Assembly (NCBI GenBank): GCA_039715015.1
Contig: JBDLIE010000021.1
Span: 1 to 41,572 of the forward strand
DNA: 41,572 nucleotides
DNA from: Thermodesulfobacteriota bacterium
Lineage (GTDB): Bacteria > Desulfobacterota > Desulfobulbia > Desulfobulbales > SURF-16
Direction: 5' to 3'
Shown: piece by piece, positions 9,980 through 20,724 of the stretch
Numbering within the stretch: the first letter of the stretch is position 1
How the letters are laid out: every line of letters starts with the position of its first letter
Made by a program: the position numbers and the translations under genes
The notes under the pieces: model-generated
The model's input: only the letters and a program-made list of their open reading frames with translations
What the model was told of the DNA's origin: nothing
Databases searched by the model: none

Positions 9980-10020
9980 TTCGTGCCAGGTTCTTTTTTG
10001 TCAGGGAGCAGTTAAAAATG

Positions 10021-11618
<1,598 letters not shown>

Positions 11619-11692
11619 CAAATTTCTCCGGTAATGAAAAGAGCCTAGGCTCTGAGTGGGTCGGCAAATGGTTAATGGTTTGCGATCTTTTT

Positions 11693-11708
11693 AGCAAGAT
11701 GCGTGCCC
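11693..11708 (-). promoter_or_regulatory. Sigma54 (-24/-12) promoter of amtB-glnK-glnD
   Basis: Minus strand GGGCAC-GCATC-TTGCT matches TGGCAC-N5-TTGC, about 75 nt upstream of amt. Confidence 0.8.
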
Positions 11709-11783
11709 TTGGCTATAAAGAGGGGAATGCCTTGATCTTTCGGAGAAAATCTCGTGAAGGGTGGAAACGCAAGAAGGGGATTT

Positions 11784-11831
11784 TGTGACAAAAATGTAAC
11801 AATATGGAGGCTTTGTTACATAAATGTGACT
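11784..11831. promoter_or_regulatory. Tandem palindromic enhancer-binding-protein sites
   Basis: TGTGACA-AAAA-TGTAACA (11784-11801) and TGTTACA-TAAA-TGTGACT (11814-11831), 30 bp apart, upstream of the sigma54 promoter. Confidence 0.65.
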
Positions 11832-12739
11832 TTTGGGGCGAGGGGAGGGGAGGTTTGGATGACTTGGTAGTGGGAGAATGTGATGGTGTCGATGGGGTTA
11901 TTTTGCCATTGCTTATTAAGCCAAGCCTTGAGTTGGCTGATCATTTCGCCACGGGCCAAGGCAAAGCGCTTAAGCTCGTAGGCAGGCCTGTTGGCGTAGA
12001 ATTGGTAGATGACATCCTTTACAAATGTTGTCTTTTCTGCGGGGAGATCCTGGCCTTTTTCGAGTTTAGCAATAAGGGTCAGGTCAATATTAATCACCAG
12101 GTTATTATTGTTATCCGCCTTGGCAACAATAATAAAAGAAGGGAGTTTCCATTTCTCGTGGACGGTTTCCACCTCAGCGACAGGGCCAGGCGCTGGGATG
12201 GTTTGCAGGTGTTTTTTGGCTCCTGGTTCAGGCTTTCTTTCCTGGGGCTGAGTGGTGGTGATTTGAGTTTCAGTCACCAACGCCTGGTCTTCAAGGGAGG
12301 CAAATTCGTCATTGGTTGAGCGAAAAAACTGGGTGCTGGAAATAATGAGAATGAGGACGATGGGCAGAGCGCCGATCAGTAGGCGCTGGGGGAGAGGGCG
12401 ATTCTGAAAAAGTTGAAGAAGTGAGGCCGCCAGGATCTGAACCTGGCTGGGAAATTCAAGAACGGTGGATGTTTCTGGCCCAGCTTCAGCGCCCGACGAG
12501 TCTGGAGCGGCGCCATCCGTGCCCCCTTTTTTCCCTTCATCGCCGTTGAAAAGGCCGGAAATATCATCATTGTCGTCAGGAGTGTCTTCAAGGAGAAAAA
12601 AATCAGCGGACTCCTCTTCAGGAGAAAACATGAAATCTTCGGCCTGAAAGGCAGATTCCCAATCATCACCGAGATCATCATCAAGGTCGGTCAGCGGGTC
12701 ATGTGAGGTGGCGGTTTTTTTTTCGGAGGGGGGAGTCAT
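11816..12739 (-). CDS. FliL-like membrane protein with a long acidic N-terminal extension
   Basis: Acidic N-terminus, one TM segment (LLIGALPIVLILIIS), C-terminal FliL-like pattern (LPSFII..., VKDVIYQF..., IDTITFSHY); last gene of the flagellar run. Confidence 0.65.
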   Translation of the reverse strand: MTPPSEKKTATSHDPLTDLDDDLGDDWESAFQAEDFMFSPEEESADFFLLEDTPDDNDDISGLFNGDEGKKGGTDGAAPDSSGAEAGPETSTVLEFPSQVQILAASLLQLFQNRPLPQRLLIGALPIVLILIISSTQFFRSTNDEFASLEDQALVTETQITTTQPQERKPEPGAKKHLQTIPAPGPVAEVETVHEKWKLPSFIIVAKADNNNNLVINIDLTLIAKLEKGQDLPAEKTTFVKDVIYQFYANRPAYELKRFALARGEMISQLKAWLNKQWQNNPIDTITFSHYQVIQTSPPLAPKVTFM

Positions 12740-12804
12740 TATGGAAGTAAAAAGTCTCCGCCATGACCGCCGTTATGGTGCCGTCATGGAGAAAGCCAAG
12801 GTGG

Positions 12805-13185
12805 TTAGCTGAAAATTTTGTCAATCTTTTCGCCAAGGGTTTCAGCAGTAAAGGGCTTCACAATGTACTGGCTCACCTTGGCTTTAACGGCGAGGATAAT
12901 GTTGTCCTGCTGGGCCTCTGCAGTGACCATGATAAAAGGGGTGGCAGCCAGATCGGCGTCGGCCCGCACATGTTTAAGCAACTCCAGGCCGGTCATCTTG
13001 GGCATGTTCCAGTCGGAAATAATCATGTCCACCTTTTCATTTTTCAGGATGTCAACAGCGGTGGAACCGTCATCGGCCTCAATGATATTTTTGTATCCTA
13101 ACTGGGTGAGGATATTTTTTACAATGCGACGCATTGTGGCAAAGTCATCAACAACAAGGACTTTCATACTTGTATCAACCGGCAT
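12805..13185 (-). CDS. cheY: Chemotaxis response regulator CheY
   Basis: VLVVDDFATMRRIVKN, SDWNMPKMTG, MVTAEA, YIVKPF; GAGG SD before ATG 13185. Confidence 0.95.
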   Translation of the reverse strand: MPVDTSMKVLVVDDFATMRRIVKNILTQLGYKNIIEADDGSTAVDILKNEKVDMIISDWNMPKMTGLELLKHVRADADLAATPFIMVTAEAQQDNIILAVKAKVSQYIVKPFTAETLGEKIDKIFS

Positions 13186-13325
13186 GGTTATTCCCTCAAT
13201 ACTCTTTTTAAGTTTCACCCGGGGGCATTAATGGCAGAACAGTAAAATCTGTAAATATTATAGATATGTTAAGCAGAAAAGCTGGCAAAGGAAAATACTT
13301 ATTTCAGTCGCATGGTGATAATCAA

Positions 13326-14168
13326 TCAGGCTGCAAGCGCTTTTTTAATTTTAGTGCGCAAACGAAGCATGGCCTTGGTGTGCATCTGTGAAATTCGAGA
13401 CTCTGTGTAGTTTAAAACCTGGCCAATCTCTTTCATGGTCAATTCGTTAAAATAATAGAGTGACACAGTCAGGCGTTCCTTCTCAGGCAGACTGTCGATG
13501 GATTGGGCCAGAAGATTTCGAATCTGCTTGAGGTTAATAGCTGCAAAGGGGTCATTGGCATCCATGGATATGGCGGCCAGCCCATTGCCGGTTTCAATCT
13601 GGTCCGGGCTTTTCTGGCGGAGAAGCTCAATGTCCATAAAGGTGATGGTCTTGGTCTCGTCAAGGAGCTTGTGGTAGTTCTCAAGGTTGATGCCCATTTC
13701 CGCGGCAGTCTCTTCATCGTTGGCTGGCCGGCCTAATTTTTTCTCAAGCTTGCTGTAGGCATGCTCAAGGTCGGTGGCCTTGCGCCGCACAGAACGAGGT
13801 ACCCAGTCCAGGGAGCGGAGCTCATCAAGCATGGCGCCCCGGATACGAAATTCGGCATAGGTTTTGAACTGAACTTTCTTGCTGAGGTCAAACTTGTCAA
13901 TGGCGTCAATGAGACCGATGATGCCGCTGGAAACCAGGTCGTCAAAGGCAACCTGGGGCGGAAGGCGAGAGGCAAGACGGCTGGCGATATACTTGATGAG
14001 CGGTGTGTAGGCCAAGATTAACTCGTCCCTTTTGTCCGCATCCAGTACCGTGTCGGCCTTAAAATAGGCGTTGGTGTAATCCTTGAGTTTGCCTGGTTGC
14101 GGTTTGCTCATCTGCGTTCTAGGGCCTGGGGTAATGTTATTGGCTCTGAGGTGGGGAGGCTTATACAT
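13326..14168 (-). CDS. fliA: Flagellar sigma factor sigma28 (start could be 14111)
   Basis: FKTYAEFRIRGAMLDELRSLDWVPRSVR and ELTMKEIGQVLNYTESRISQMH; follows flhG. Confidence 0.95.
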   Translation of the reverse strand: MYKPPHLRANNITPGPRTQMSKPQPGKLKDYTNAYFKADTVLDADKRDELILAYTPLIKYIASRLASRLPPQVAFDDLVSSGIIGLIDAIDKFDLSKKVQFKTYAEFRIRGAMLDELRSLDWVPRSVRRKATDLEHAYSKLEKKLGRPANDEETAAEMGINLENYHKLLDETKTITFMDIELLRQKSPDQIETGNGLAAISMDANDPFAAINLKQIRNLLAQSIDSLPEKERLTVSLYYFNELTMKEIGQVLNYTESRISQMHTKAMLRLRTKIKKALAA

Positions 14169-14185
14169 CTGATACCTAAAGTATA

Positions 14186-15064
14186 TTATACGTTAAAAAG
14201 ACCTTTCCAGAAAAATTTAATGTTTCCATCCGTATGGGGATCCGGCCTCTCTTGAATCAACTGTTCAGCTAAATCAAAGAATTTTCCGCTTGAGGTGGAT
14301 CTCGGCGACATATCCACCACCAGCCTCTGGGCCCGTACTGATTGCGGAAGCTTGCTGTCAAAGGGGATGAAGCCGAGATAGTCAAGGGACAAGGAGTCCA
14401 GGAAACGATCCGCCACCAGGGTGAGCTGGCGAAAGACGGCCAAGGCCTCTTTCTCTGTACGGGCCGAATTGACGAGGATACGGAAGCGCTTGACGTCATG
14501 GCGCGACGAGAGCACCTTGATCAAGGCGTAGGCATCGGTGAGAGAGGTGGGTTCCGGAGTAAGGACAACTATTTTTTCCTGGGCAGCCAAGGTGAAGTAA
14601 ATCACATTATTGTTAATGCCTGCGGCTGTATCAATGAGCATGACATCGATGGCATTGCCTAAAGCGCTTATCTCCGAGAGAAAGAAAAGTTTCTGTTCTT
14701 CGCTAAGTTCAGCAAGCTCCATGATGCCGGAGCTGGCCGGCAGGATCTGGAAACCACCCGGGCCGCTGACCAGAATGTCCGGCAGCTTTTTTTCGCCGAG
14801 CAGGACATGGTGGAGGTTAAACTTTGGCGTCAGGCCAAGCAGGACATCGACATTTGCCAGGTTGATGTCAGCATCAAGAACCAGCACTTTTTTACCTTTA
14901 CGGGCAAGGGAGTAGGCAAGATTGGTGACGACGTTGGTCTTGCCGACACCGCCTTTGCCGCTGGTAACGGCAATGACCCGGGGCGGTGAGCCCTGGTAGT
15001 CGGATGCAGCTTTTTTTAAAGGGGTGCGAGCCATGATCTTTTCCAATGTGTCTGCCTGGTTCAT
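14186..15064 (-). CDS. flhG: Flagellar number regulator, MinD-like ATPase
   Basis: N-terminal NQADTL, SGKGGVGKT deviant Walker A, TPEPTSLTDAYALIK; lies between flhF and fliA. Confidence 0.92.
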   Translation of the reverse strand: MNQADTLEKIMARTPLKKAASDYQGSPPRVIAVTSGKGGVGKTNVVTNLAYSLARKGKKVLVLDADINLANVDVLLGLTPKFNLHHVLLGEKKLPDILVSGPGGFQILPASSGIMELAELSEEQKLFFLSEISALGNAIDVMLIDTAAGINNNVIYFTLAAQEKIVVLTPEPTSLTDAYALIKVLSSRHDVKRFRILVNSARTEKEALAVFRQLTLVADRFLDSLSLDYLGFIPFDSKLPQSVRAQRLVVDMSPRSTSSGKFFDLAEQLIQERPDPHTDGNIKFFWKGLFNV

Positions 15065-15160
15065 AAAATTGTAAACTCTCTTGACTGACTATACTTCATT
15101 GCGGCCCATGCCTGGGCTGAAAAACTACCACCTTAGGAAATCCTGCGGTAAAAAAAAATC

Positions 15161-16261
15161 TTAATTGGTCAGCTGTTGTTCCATGGCCGGCCAGCCCTTT
15201 TTAAAAAAGGAAACAAGGAATGGCTTGTCGGCCACCATAAAATCTTCGGGGACCCGTTGGCCCATGGTGAGATAACCCACCGGCATTTTAGCAGCAGCTA
15301 CCTGCTGGCAGATGGCTGCATAGGCCCTGGTTTCATCAAGCTTAGTAAGGATAACACTGTGCGGGGCCAAGGCCCGATAGGAGTCGACGATCTGGGAGAG
15401 GTCTTCTTTCTTGGTGGTTGCGCTCAGGCAAAGAAGGGGCTGGACATTGGTCACTGGAGCAAACCAGTCCGCCAATTCGGCAACATGTTTTGTGTCATGG
15501 GGGCTCTTGCCTGCGGTATCAATAATTATGAGATCAGCGTCACGGTGGCGGGCAACAGCCGCAGCAAGATCTTTTTTGCGAATGGCGATCTCGCAGGGTA
15601 AGCGCATGATTTTGGCATAGGTGCGGAGCTGGTCAGTGGCGCCGATCCGGTAACAATCCATGGAAAGCAGGGTCACCTTCTTGTCCTCGTTAAGATGATA
15701 CCAGGCGGCAAGTTTCGCGGCAGTGGTTGTTTTGCCGACACCGGTGGGGCCCACCAGGGCGATAATGTCTGGACCACCGTCGGGGGTGTGGCTTAAAAGA
15801 TGCTCTACCTCAATCTGGCCGATGAGGTCATCACGCCATTTTTTGACCTGTTTGCGGTGGATGGCCTTGGGTAAAGGAGCCTCTCCGCCCTTCTTTTTTT
15901 CCGGCGGCCAGGGGCCGGTTTTTTCCTCAAGGAGTTTGGCAAAGTTTTTTCGCAACTGCTTACTCTCACGATCCGCTTTCTGCTTCTGGGCCTTGGCGCG
16001 TGCTTTCTGGGGTTTACGGATAGCATCATACCCGTAGGTGGCAGGGGGGGCATCTGTCATATCTAATTCTGGCAGCAGCGGGGCGGGGCTGGGTCTGCTG
16101 TCCATATCGTAATCCATGGCCGCCATGATTTCCACTCTCTGGTACGGAGTACCCTTGTCCAGGGTCTTTTGGGAAAAGATAACGGCATTTTCCCCCAGGG
16201 TTTTTTTTACAAGTTCCATGGTTTTTGGCGCTGTCGATGCTTCAAATCTTTTAATGATCAT
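15161..16261 (-). CDS. flhF: SRP-family GTPase FlhF
   Basis: GPTGVGKTTTAAKLA, DCYRIGA, DTAG, TKLDET and GQRVPED motifs. Confidence 0.93.
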   Translation of the reverse strand: MIIKRFEASTAPKTMELVKKTLGENAVIFSQKTLDKGTPYQRVEIMAAMDYDMDSRPSPAPLLPELDMTDAPPATYGYDAIRKPQKARAKAQKQKADRESKQLRKNFAKLLEEKTGPWPPEKKKGGEAPLPKAIHRKQVKKWRDDLIGQIEVEHLLSHTPDGGPDIIALVGPTGVGKTTTAAKLAAWYHLNEDKKVTLLSMDCYRIGATDQLRTYAKIMRLPCEIAIRKKDLAAAVARHRDADLIIIDTAGKSPHDTKHVAELADWFAPVTNVQPLLCLSATTKKEDLSQIVDSYRALAPHSVILTKLDETRAYAAICQQVAAAKMPVGYLTMGQRVPEDFMVADKPFLVSFFKKGWPAMEQQLTN

Positions 16262-16302
16262 AGTCGTCGTTCTCAGGAAGAATCATGGCAGTAATGCCTT
16301 TT

Positions 16303-18405
16303 TTAGGTTTGCTGGTTGATGGCAACGGTTCCCAGGGAGTTTATTTTTACATTTGTTGTCAGTTCACTTGCCGAAAGGACAATCACCTGAGGGGCAAAGC
16401 GTTCAATGAGCTGGCGCAGATGACGGCGGATGGTGGGGGTGGAAAGCAGTACCGGCTGATAGCCCTCCGTGGCCACCCGTTCCGTTTCCGTAATAACCGA
16501 CTCGACAATGCTTTGGCCCAGGTTGGGCTCCAGGGATAAAAAGGAGCCCTGTTCGGTTGTGTGGACCGATTCCCGGATGAAGTCTTCAATCTGGCTGTCC
16601 ACAGTGAGGAGGTGGAGTTCTCCTTGCTCATCCACCAAAGAGCCAACCAGGGAGCGGGCCATCTTCTGGCGCACATATTCGGTGAGCAGGTCAGGGTCCT
16701 TATTAATTGGCGCAAAGTCAGCCAGGGTCTCACAGATGGTGAGCATGTCGCGGATAGAGACCCGTTCCCGCAGCAGGTTCTGCAGCACCTTCTGGACAGC
16801 GCCCAGGGTAAGAAGGTTGGGGACCAGCTCTTCCACCACCTTGGGATGGCTCTTGGCCAGGTGGTCCAGAAGCTTTTGGGTATCCTGGCGGCCAAGGAGT
16901 TCATCGGCATGGCTGCGCAGCACCTCGGTGAGATGGGTGGCCACCACCGTGGAGGGGTCCACCACGGTATAGCCGGCCAGCTGGGCCTCGTCTCTCTTCT
17001 CTTCACTGATCCACAGGGCCGGCAGCTGGAAGGCGGGCTCAGTGGTGGGGATGCCCTCAATCTCTCTCTTGGCTGCGCCGGAATCCATGGCCAAATAATG
17101 GCCCATGAGTAATTCACCCTTGGCAAGCTCCACCCCTTTTAAGAGCAGGACATACTCATCAGGTTTGATCTGCAGGTTGTCGCGGACATGGAGGGGCGGC
17201 AGGAGCATGCCGATCTCAGTGGCAAACTGGCGGCGGATGCCGCGGATGCGCTCCAGGAGATCTCCCTGCTGGTTTTCATCAACCAGAGGAATCAGGCCGT
17301 AGCCCACCTCTAGTTCCAGGGTATCCATGGAGAGCAGGGCCTCCACTGTTTCAGGGGAGCCGGGCTGCGGCTCCTGGGCTCTGCGTTCCTCTTCTTCTTG
17401 TTTTTCAGCGCTCTCGTCCGTTTTTGCCTTCTGGGCAAAGGCAAACCACGACAAACCCCCCATAATTGTACCCAGCAGTAAGAAAGGGACATGGGGCAGG
17501 CCGGGGATCAGGCCAAAGAGAATAATAATGGCGGAGGAGACGGCCAAGGCCTCTGGTTGCTTACCGAACTGTTTGGTGAGTTCAAGGCCCATGCTGTGCT
17601 CGGAGGCGGCCCGGCTGACAATAATACCTGCTGCCGTGGAGATGATCAGCGATGGGATCTGGGAGACCAGGCCGTCACCAATGGTGAGCAGGGTAAAGGT
17701 CTCGGCTGCTTCCATGAGGCCCATGTTCTGGAGTACTGTGCCGATAAAAAGACCGCCAACAATATTGATGGCCATGATCACCAGGGAGGCCACGGCTTCG
17801 CCGCGCACAAATTTTGAGGCACCATCCATGGCCCCATAGAATTCGGACTGGCGGGAGATTCTTTCGCGGCGGCTTTTGGCAGTGGCCTCGTCTATGAGGC
17901 CGGCGTTAAGGTCGGCGTCAATGGCCATCTGCTTGCCGGGCATGGCATCAAGTGTAAAGCGGGCAGCTACCTCGGCAATACGACCAGAACCCTTGGTGAT
18001 AACGATAAAGTTAATAAGCACCATGATCAGGAAGATGATCAGGCCCACGGCAAAACTGCCGCCTACAACGAAATTACCAAAGGACTGAATAACCCGGCCC
18101 ACAGCCCCGGGACCCTCATGGCCATGGAGCAGGATCAATCTGGTGGAGGCGATGTTCAATGACAACCTGAACAGGGTGGTCAACAGGAGCAGGGACGGAA
18201 AGGCGGAGAATTCAAGGGCGTCGGTGTTGTACATGCTCATCAGCATGACCACCAGACTCATGGTAATGCCCAGCGACAGCAGAAGGTCCAGGACCATAGT
18301 AGGCAGGGGCAGGATCATGATCATCAGGATCGCCACCACGCCAAGGGCCACCACCAGGCTGGTGGTTTCAATCTTTATAGGATTTAAGGTCTTTTCAGCC
18401 GCCAT
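16303..18405 (-). CDS. flhA: Flagellar export protein FlhA
   Basis: RIAEVAARFTLDAMPGKQMAIDADLNAG and FYGAMDGASKFVRG motifs; 700 aa. Confidence 0.97.
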   Translation of the reverse strand: MAAEKTLNPIKIETTSLVVALGVVAILMIMILPLPTMVLDLLLSLGITMSLVVMLMSMYNTDALEFSAFPSLLLLTTLFRLSLNIASTRLILLHGHEGPGAVGRVIQSFGNFVVGGSFAVGLIIFLIMVLINFIVITKGSGRIAEVAARFTLDAMPGKQMAIDADLNAGLIDEATAKSRRERISRQSEFYGAMDGASKFVRGEAVASLVIMAINIVGGLFIGTVLQNMGLMEAAETFTLLTIGDGLVSQIPSLIISTAAGIIVSRAASEHSMGLELTKQFGKQPEALAVSSAIIILFGLIPGLPHVPFLLLGTIMGGLSWFAFAQKAKTDESAEKQEEEERRAQEPQPGSPETVEALLSMDTLELEVGYGLIPLVDENQQGDLLERIRGIRRQFATEIGMLLPPLHVRDNLQIKPDEYVLLLKGVELAKGELLMGHYLAMDSGAAKREIEGIPTTEPAFQLPALWISEEKRDEAQLAGYTVVDPSTVVATHLTEVLRSHADELLGRQDTQKLLDHLAKSHPKVVEELVPNLLTLGAVQKVLQNLLRERVSIRDMLTICETLADFAPINKDPDLLTEYVRQKMARSLVGSLVDEQGELHLLTVDSQIEDFIRESVHTTEQGSFLSLEPNLGQSIVESVITETERVATEGYQPVLLSTPTIRRHLRQLIERFAPQVIVLSASELTTNVKINSLGTVAINQQT

Positions 18406-18415
18406 GTTTTTTTCT

Positions 18416-18494
18416 AAGGATGAATTATCAAGGATGAAGGATGACCAGGGGATGCTGATCGTTTTTCATCCTTGATAATTCATCCCTCATCCTT
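18416..18494. repeat. Heptamer (AGGATGA/TCATCCT)-based palindrome between flhB and flhA
   Basis: Perfect 21-bp inverted repeat ggatgaattatcaaggatgaa (18418-18438) / ttcatccttgataattcatcc (18465-18485), plus extra heptamer copies. Confidence 0.8.
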
Positions 18495-18499
18495 GGTTG

Positions 18500-19570
18500 T
18501 TATGCTGCCCTATTTCTGACACTGTAGACGTGGGCAAGTATCTCGGCCACGGCCTGGAAGAGGTTGGCAGGGATCTCCTCACCAATCTCAACAGTTTTAT
18601 ATAATGCGCGGGCCAGGGGTTTATCTTCCATGAGGGGGATATTATGCTCCTTGGCAATTTCCTTGATTCTGTTGGCAATCACACCTGCACCTTTGGCTAC
18701 CACCTGAGGGGCTATCATGGTGCTGTTGTCATACTTGATGGCAATGGCCAACCGGGTAGGGTTGGTGATGATGACATCTGCCTCGGGGACCTCGGCCATC
18801 ATTCTTTTTCTGGCCATTTCCATCTGGATGGAGCGGATGCGACCCTTGACATGGGGATCACCCTCGGTGTTTTTGGCCTCTTCCTTGACCTCCTGCTTGG
18901 TCATCTTCATTTTTTTCATGAATTGCCAACGCTGGAAAAGCCAGTCTATGAAAGCCAGCAGGGCAATGATCAGCGCTGTTTTTAAGAACATCCAAAAAGA
19001 GACCTCGGCGTAGAAAATGAAAATAGCCAAGGGTGGCTGATCCATGAGAGGTAGGAGGTTATAAACGTTTTCTCTGACCACACTGTAGGCCACCCAGCCG
19101 ATAATGGCCAGTTTGGCAATGGACTTGATGGTATTAAACACCGTCTGCATGGAAAAGAGGCGTTGGATACCTTTTAAGGGGTCGATCTTCTCATATTTAG
19201 GGGCAATTTTTTCGGTGGTAAAAAGGACACCGACTTGGGCGTAGTTTGAGCTGAGTGCCGTGAGAAATATAACAGCCATCAGGGGGCCCACCAGGATGGC
19301 GAAAAAGGTCATGGCTTCAATGGTGAGGGGCATCATATTGCTGGGAGTAATAGTATAGCTATGGATCTGGCCGAGATAATGGCGCATTACCAGCAGAAAC
19401 CTGTCAAAGAGATAGGTTCTCATCATGAACAGAGCCAGAAGACCGAAGAGGAGTACGGCTGCAGAAGGAACCTCCATGCTTTTCAGCACATCACCCTTTT
19501 TCCGGGCCTCTTGGAGGCGCCGGGAGGTGGGTTCTTCAGTTTTTTCTTGTCCGCTGGACTCTTCCGCCAT
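18500..19570 (-). CDS. flhB: Flagellar export protein FlhB
   Basis: EKTEEPTSRR, MKMTKQEVKEE..TEGDP, NPTR cleavage loop, LARALY. Confidence 0.96.
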   Translation of the reverse strand: MAEESSGQEKTEEPTSRRLQEARKKGDVLKSMEVPSAAVLLFGLLALFMMRTYLFDRFLLVMRHYLGQIHSYTITPSNMMPLTIEAMTFFAILVGPLMAVIFLTALSSNYAQVGVLFTTEKIAPKYEKIDPLKGIQRLFSMQTVFNTIKSIAKLAIIGWVAYSVVRENVYNLLPLMDQPPLAIFIFYAEVSFWMFLKTALIIALLAFIDWLFQRWQFMKKMKMTKQEVKEEAKNTEGDPHVKGRIRSIQMEMARKRMMAEVPEADVIITNPTRLAIAIKYDNSTMIAPQVVAKGAGVIANRIKEIAKEHNIPLMEDKPLARALYKTVEIGEEIPANLFQAVAEILAHVYSVRNRAA

Positions 19571-19612
19571 GATTTTTCTCTACATGTTTTTTAAAGTTGC
19601 TTCTTAAAAGTT

Positions 19613-19649
19613 AGGATGAGGCTGGAATTCATCCTTCATCCTTCATCTT
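19613..19649. repeat. Heptamer tandem repeat between fliR and flhB
   Basis: AGGATGA (19613-19619), then TCATCCT TCATCCT TCATCTT (19629-19649). Confidence 0.7.
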
Positions 19650-19650
19650 T

Positions 19651-20439
19651 TTACCCCATGCCCTGGGCTAGTCTGGGCAGGGAGCGACCAAGTATCTCAA
19701 ACTGACCGATCATCAATGGCAGAAAGTATCCCATGGAAAGTCCTACAAAGAGCAGGCCAATGACAATGTTCATCGGCATACCGACGATAAGGATGGGGAT
19801 CTGCGGCACGGTCTTGGCGATAATGCCCATGGCAATATGGGAGAAAAAAATGGCCGCTGATGCCGGCGCCATTATTTTGATAGCAAGAATAAACATCCGT
19901 CCCACTGCCCCCAAGATTCCATTATAGGTAACCTCAGTGAGGTGCAGGCTGCCTGGCTTAACCCATTTATAACTCTCCACCAGGGTGGTGAAAAAAATGT
20001 GGTGGCCGTCAATGGCCAGAAAAATGAGAAAAGCTGTCATGGTCCATAATTGTCCCACCAGGGTCACTTGATTACCGAACTGCGGATCCATAACACCAGC
20101 CATACTCATGCCCATCTGGATACTGACCATCTGGCCGGCCAGTTGGATGGCATCAAAGATCAGGCGGGCAAAGAAAGCGAGGATGGCGGCAAAGCATATT
20201 TCATTTAGGGAAAAAAGAGTGAAACCCAGGGTGGTTGTGGGTAACTGGCTGCTGTTTACCGCCACAGAGGGTGCCAGGACGAGGGAGACGGCAAACACCA
20301 GCAGCGTCTTGACCTGATTTGGGACGTTTGTTGCCCCCAGGACCGGCATGAAGAAAAGAAGCGGCCCCACCCTGATCAGAACAATGACCAGGGTCAGCAG
20401 GCTGTTAAGTGTCCAGTTAAGAAGTGTGCTGTCGACCAT
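19651..20439 (-). CDS. fliR: Flagellar export protein FliR
   Basis: Hydrophobic; AGQMVSIQMGMS..DP, FLAIDGHH, KTVPQI motifs; ATG at 20439. Confidence 0.93.
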   Translation of the reverse strand: MVDSTLLNWTLNSLLTLVIVLIRVGPLLFFMPVLGATNVPNQVKTLLVFAVSLVLAPSVAVNSSQLPTTTLGFTLFSLNEICFAAILAFFARLIFDAIQLAGQMVSIQMGMSMAGVMDPQFGNQVTLVGQLWTMTAFLIFLAIDGHHIFFTTLVESYKWVKPGSLHLTEVTYNGILGAVGRMFILAIKIMAPASAAIFFSHIAMGIIAKTVPQIPILIVGMPMNIVIGLLFVGLSMGYFLPLMIGQFEILGRSLPRLAQGMG

Positions 20440-20443
20440 GGTT

Positions 20444-20713
20444 TTACCTGAGGAGCATGGGGATGCTCTCAAAAAGCTCCCTGGTGTAATCGGTTAATTT
20501 AAGCAGCATCCAGGAGGAGAAAAAAAGCATGGCCACCATAACGGCGGCAATTTTAGGGACAAAGGTCAGGGTCATTTCCTGGATTTGGGTGGTTGCCTGA
20601 AAAAGAGCAATGAGCAGGCCCACCACCATGCCCACCAGCAGGAGGGGGGCGGAAAGCAGCAGGGTGATGGTGACGGCGTTTTGTCCTAAAGTGGCAGCTT
20701 CCAAGGGGGTCAT
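20444..20713 (-). CDS. fliQ: Flagellar export protein FliQ
   Basis: FQATTQIQEMTLTFVPKI; 89 aa; AAGGAG SD. Confidence 0.96.
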   Translation of the reverse strand: MTPLEAATLGQNAVTITLLLSAPLLLVGMVVGLLIALFQATTQIQEMTLTFVPKIAAVMVAMLFFSSWMLLKLTDYTRELFESIPMLLR

Positions 20714-20724
20714 GATTATCTCCT

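Noticed and set aside
16201..16208. Homopolymer runs (T8 in flhF; similar in purA and the receiver gene) as phase-variation sites
   Set aside because: Short A/T runs explained by Lys codons; reading frames intact
18416..19649. Heptamer repeats as a CRISPR remnant
   Set aside because: No repeat-spacer periodicity and no cas genes
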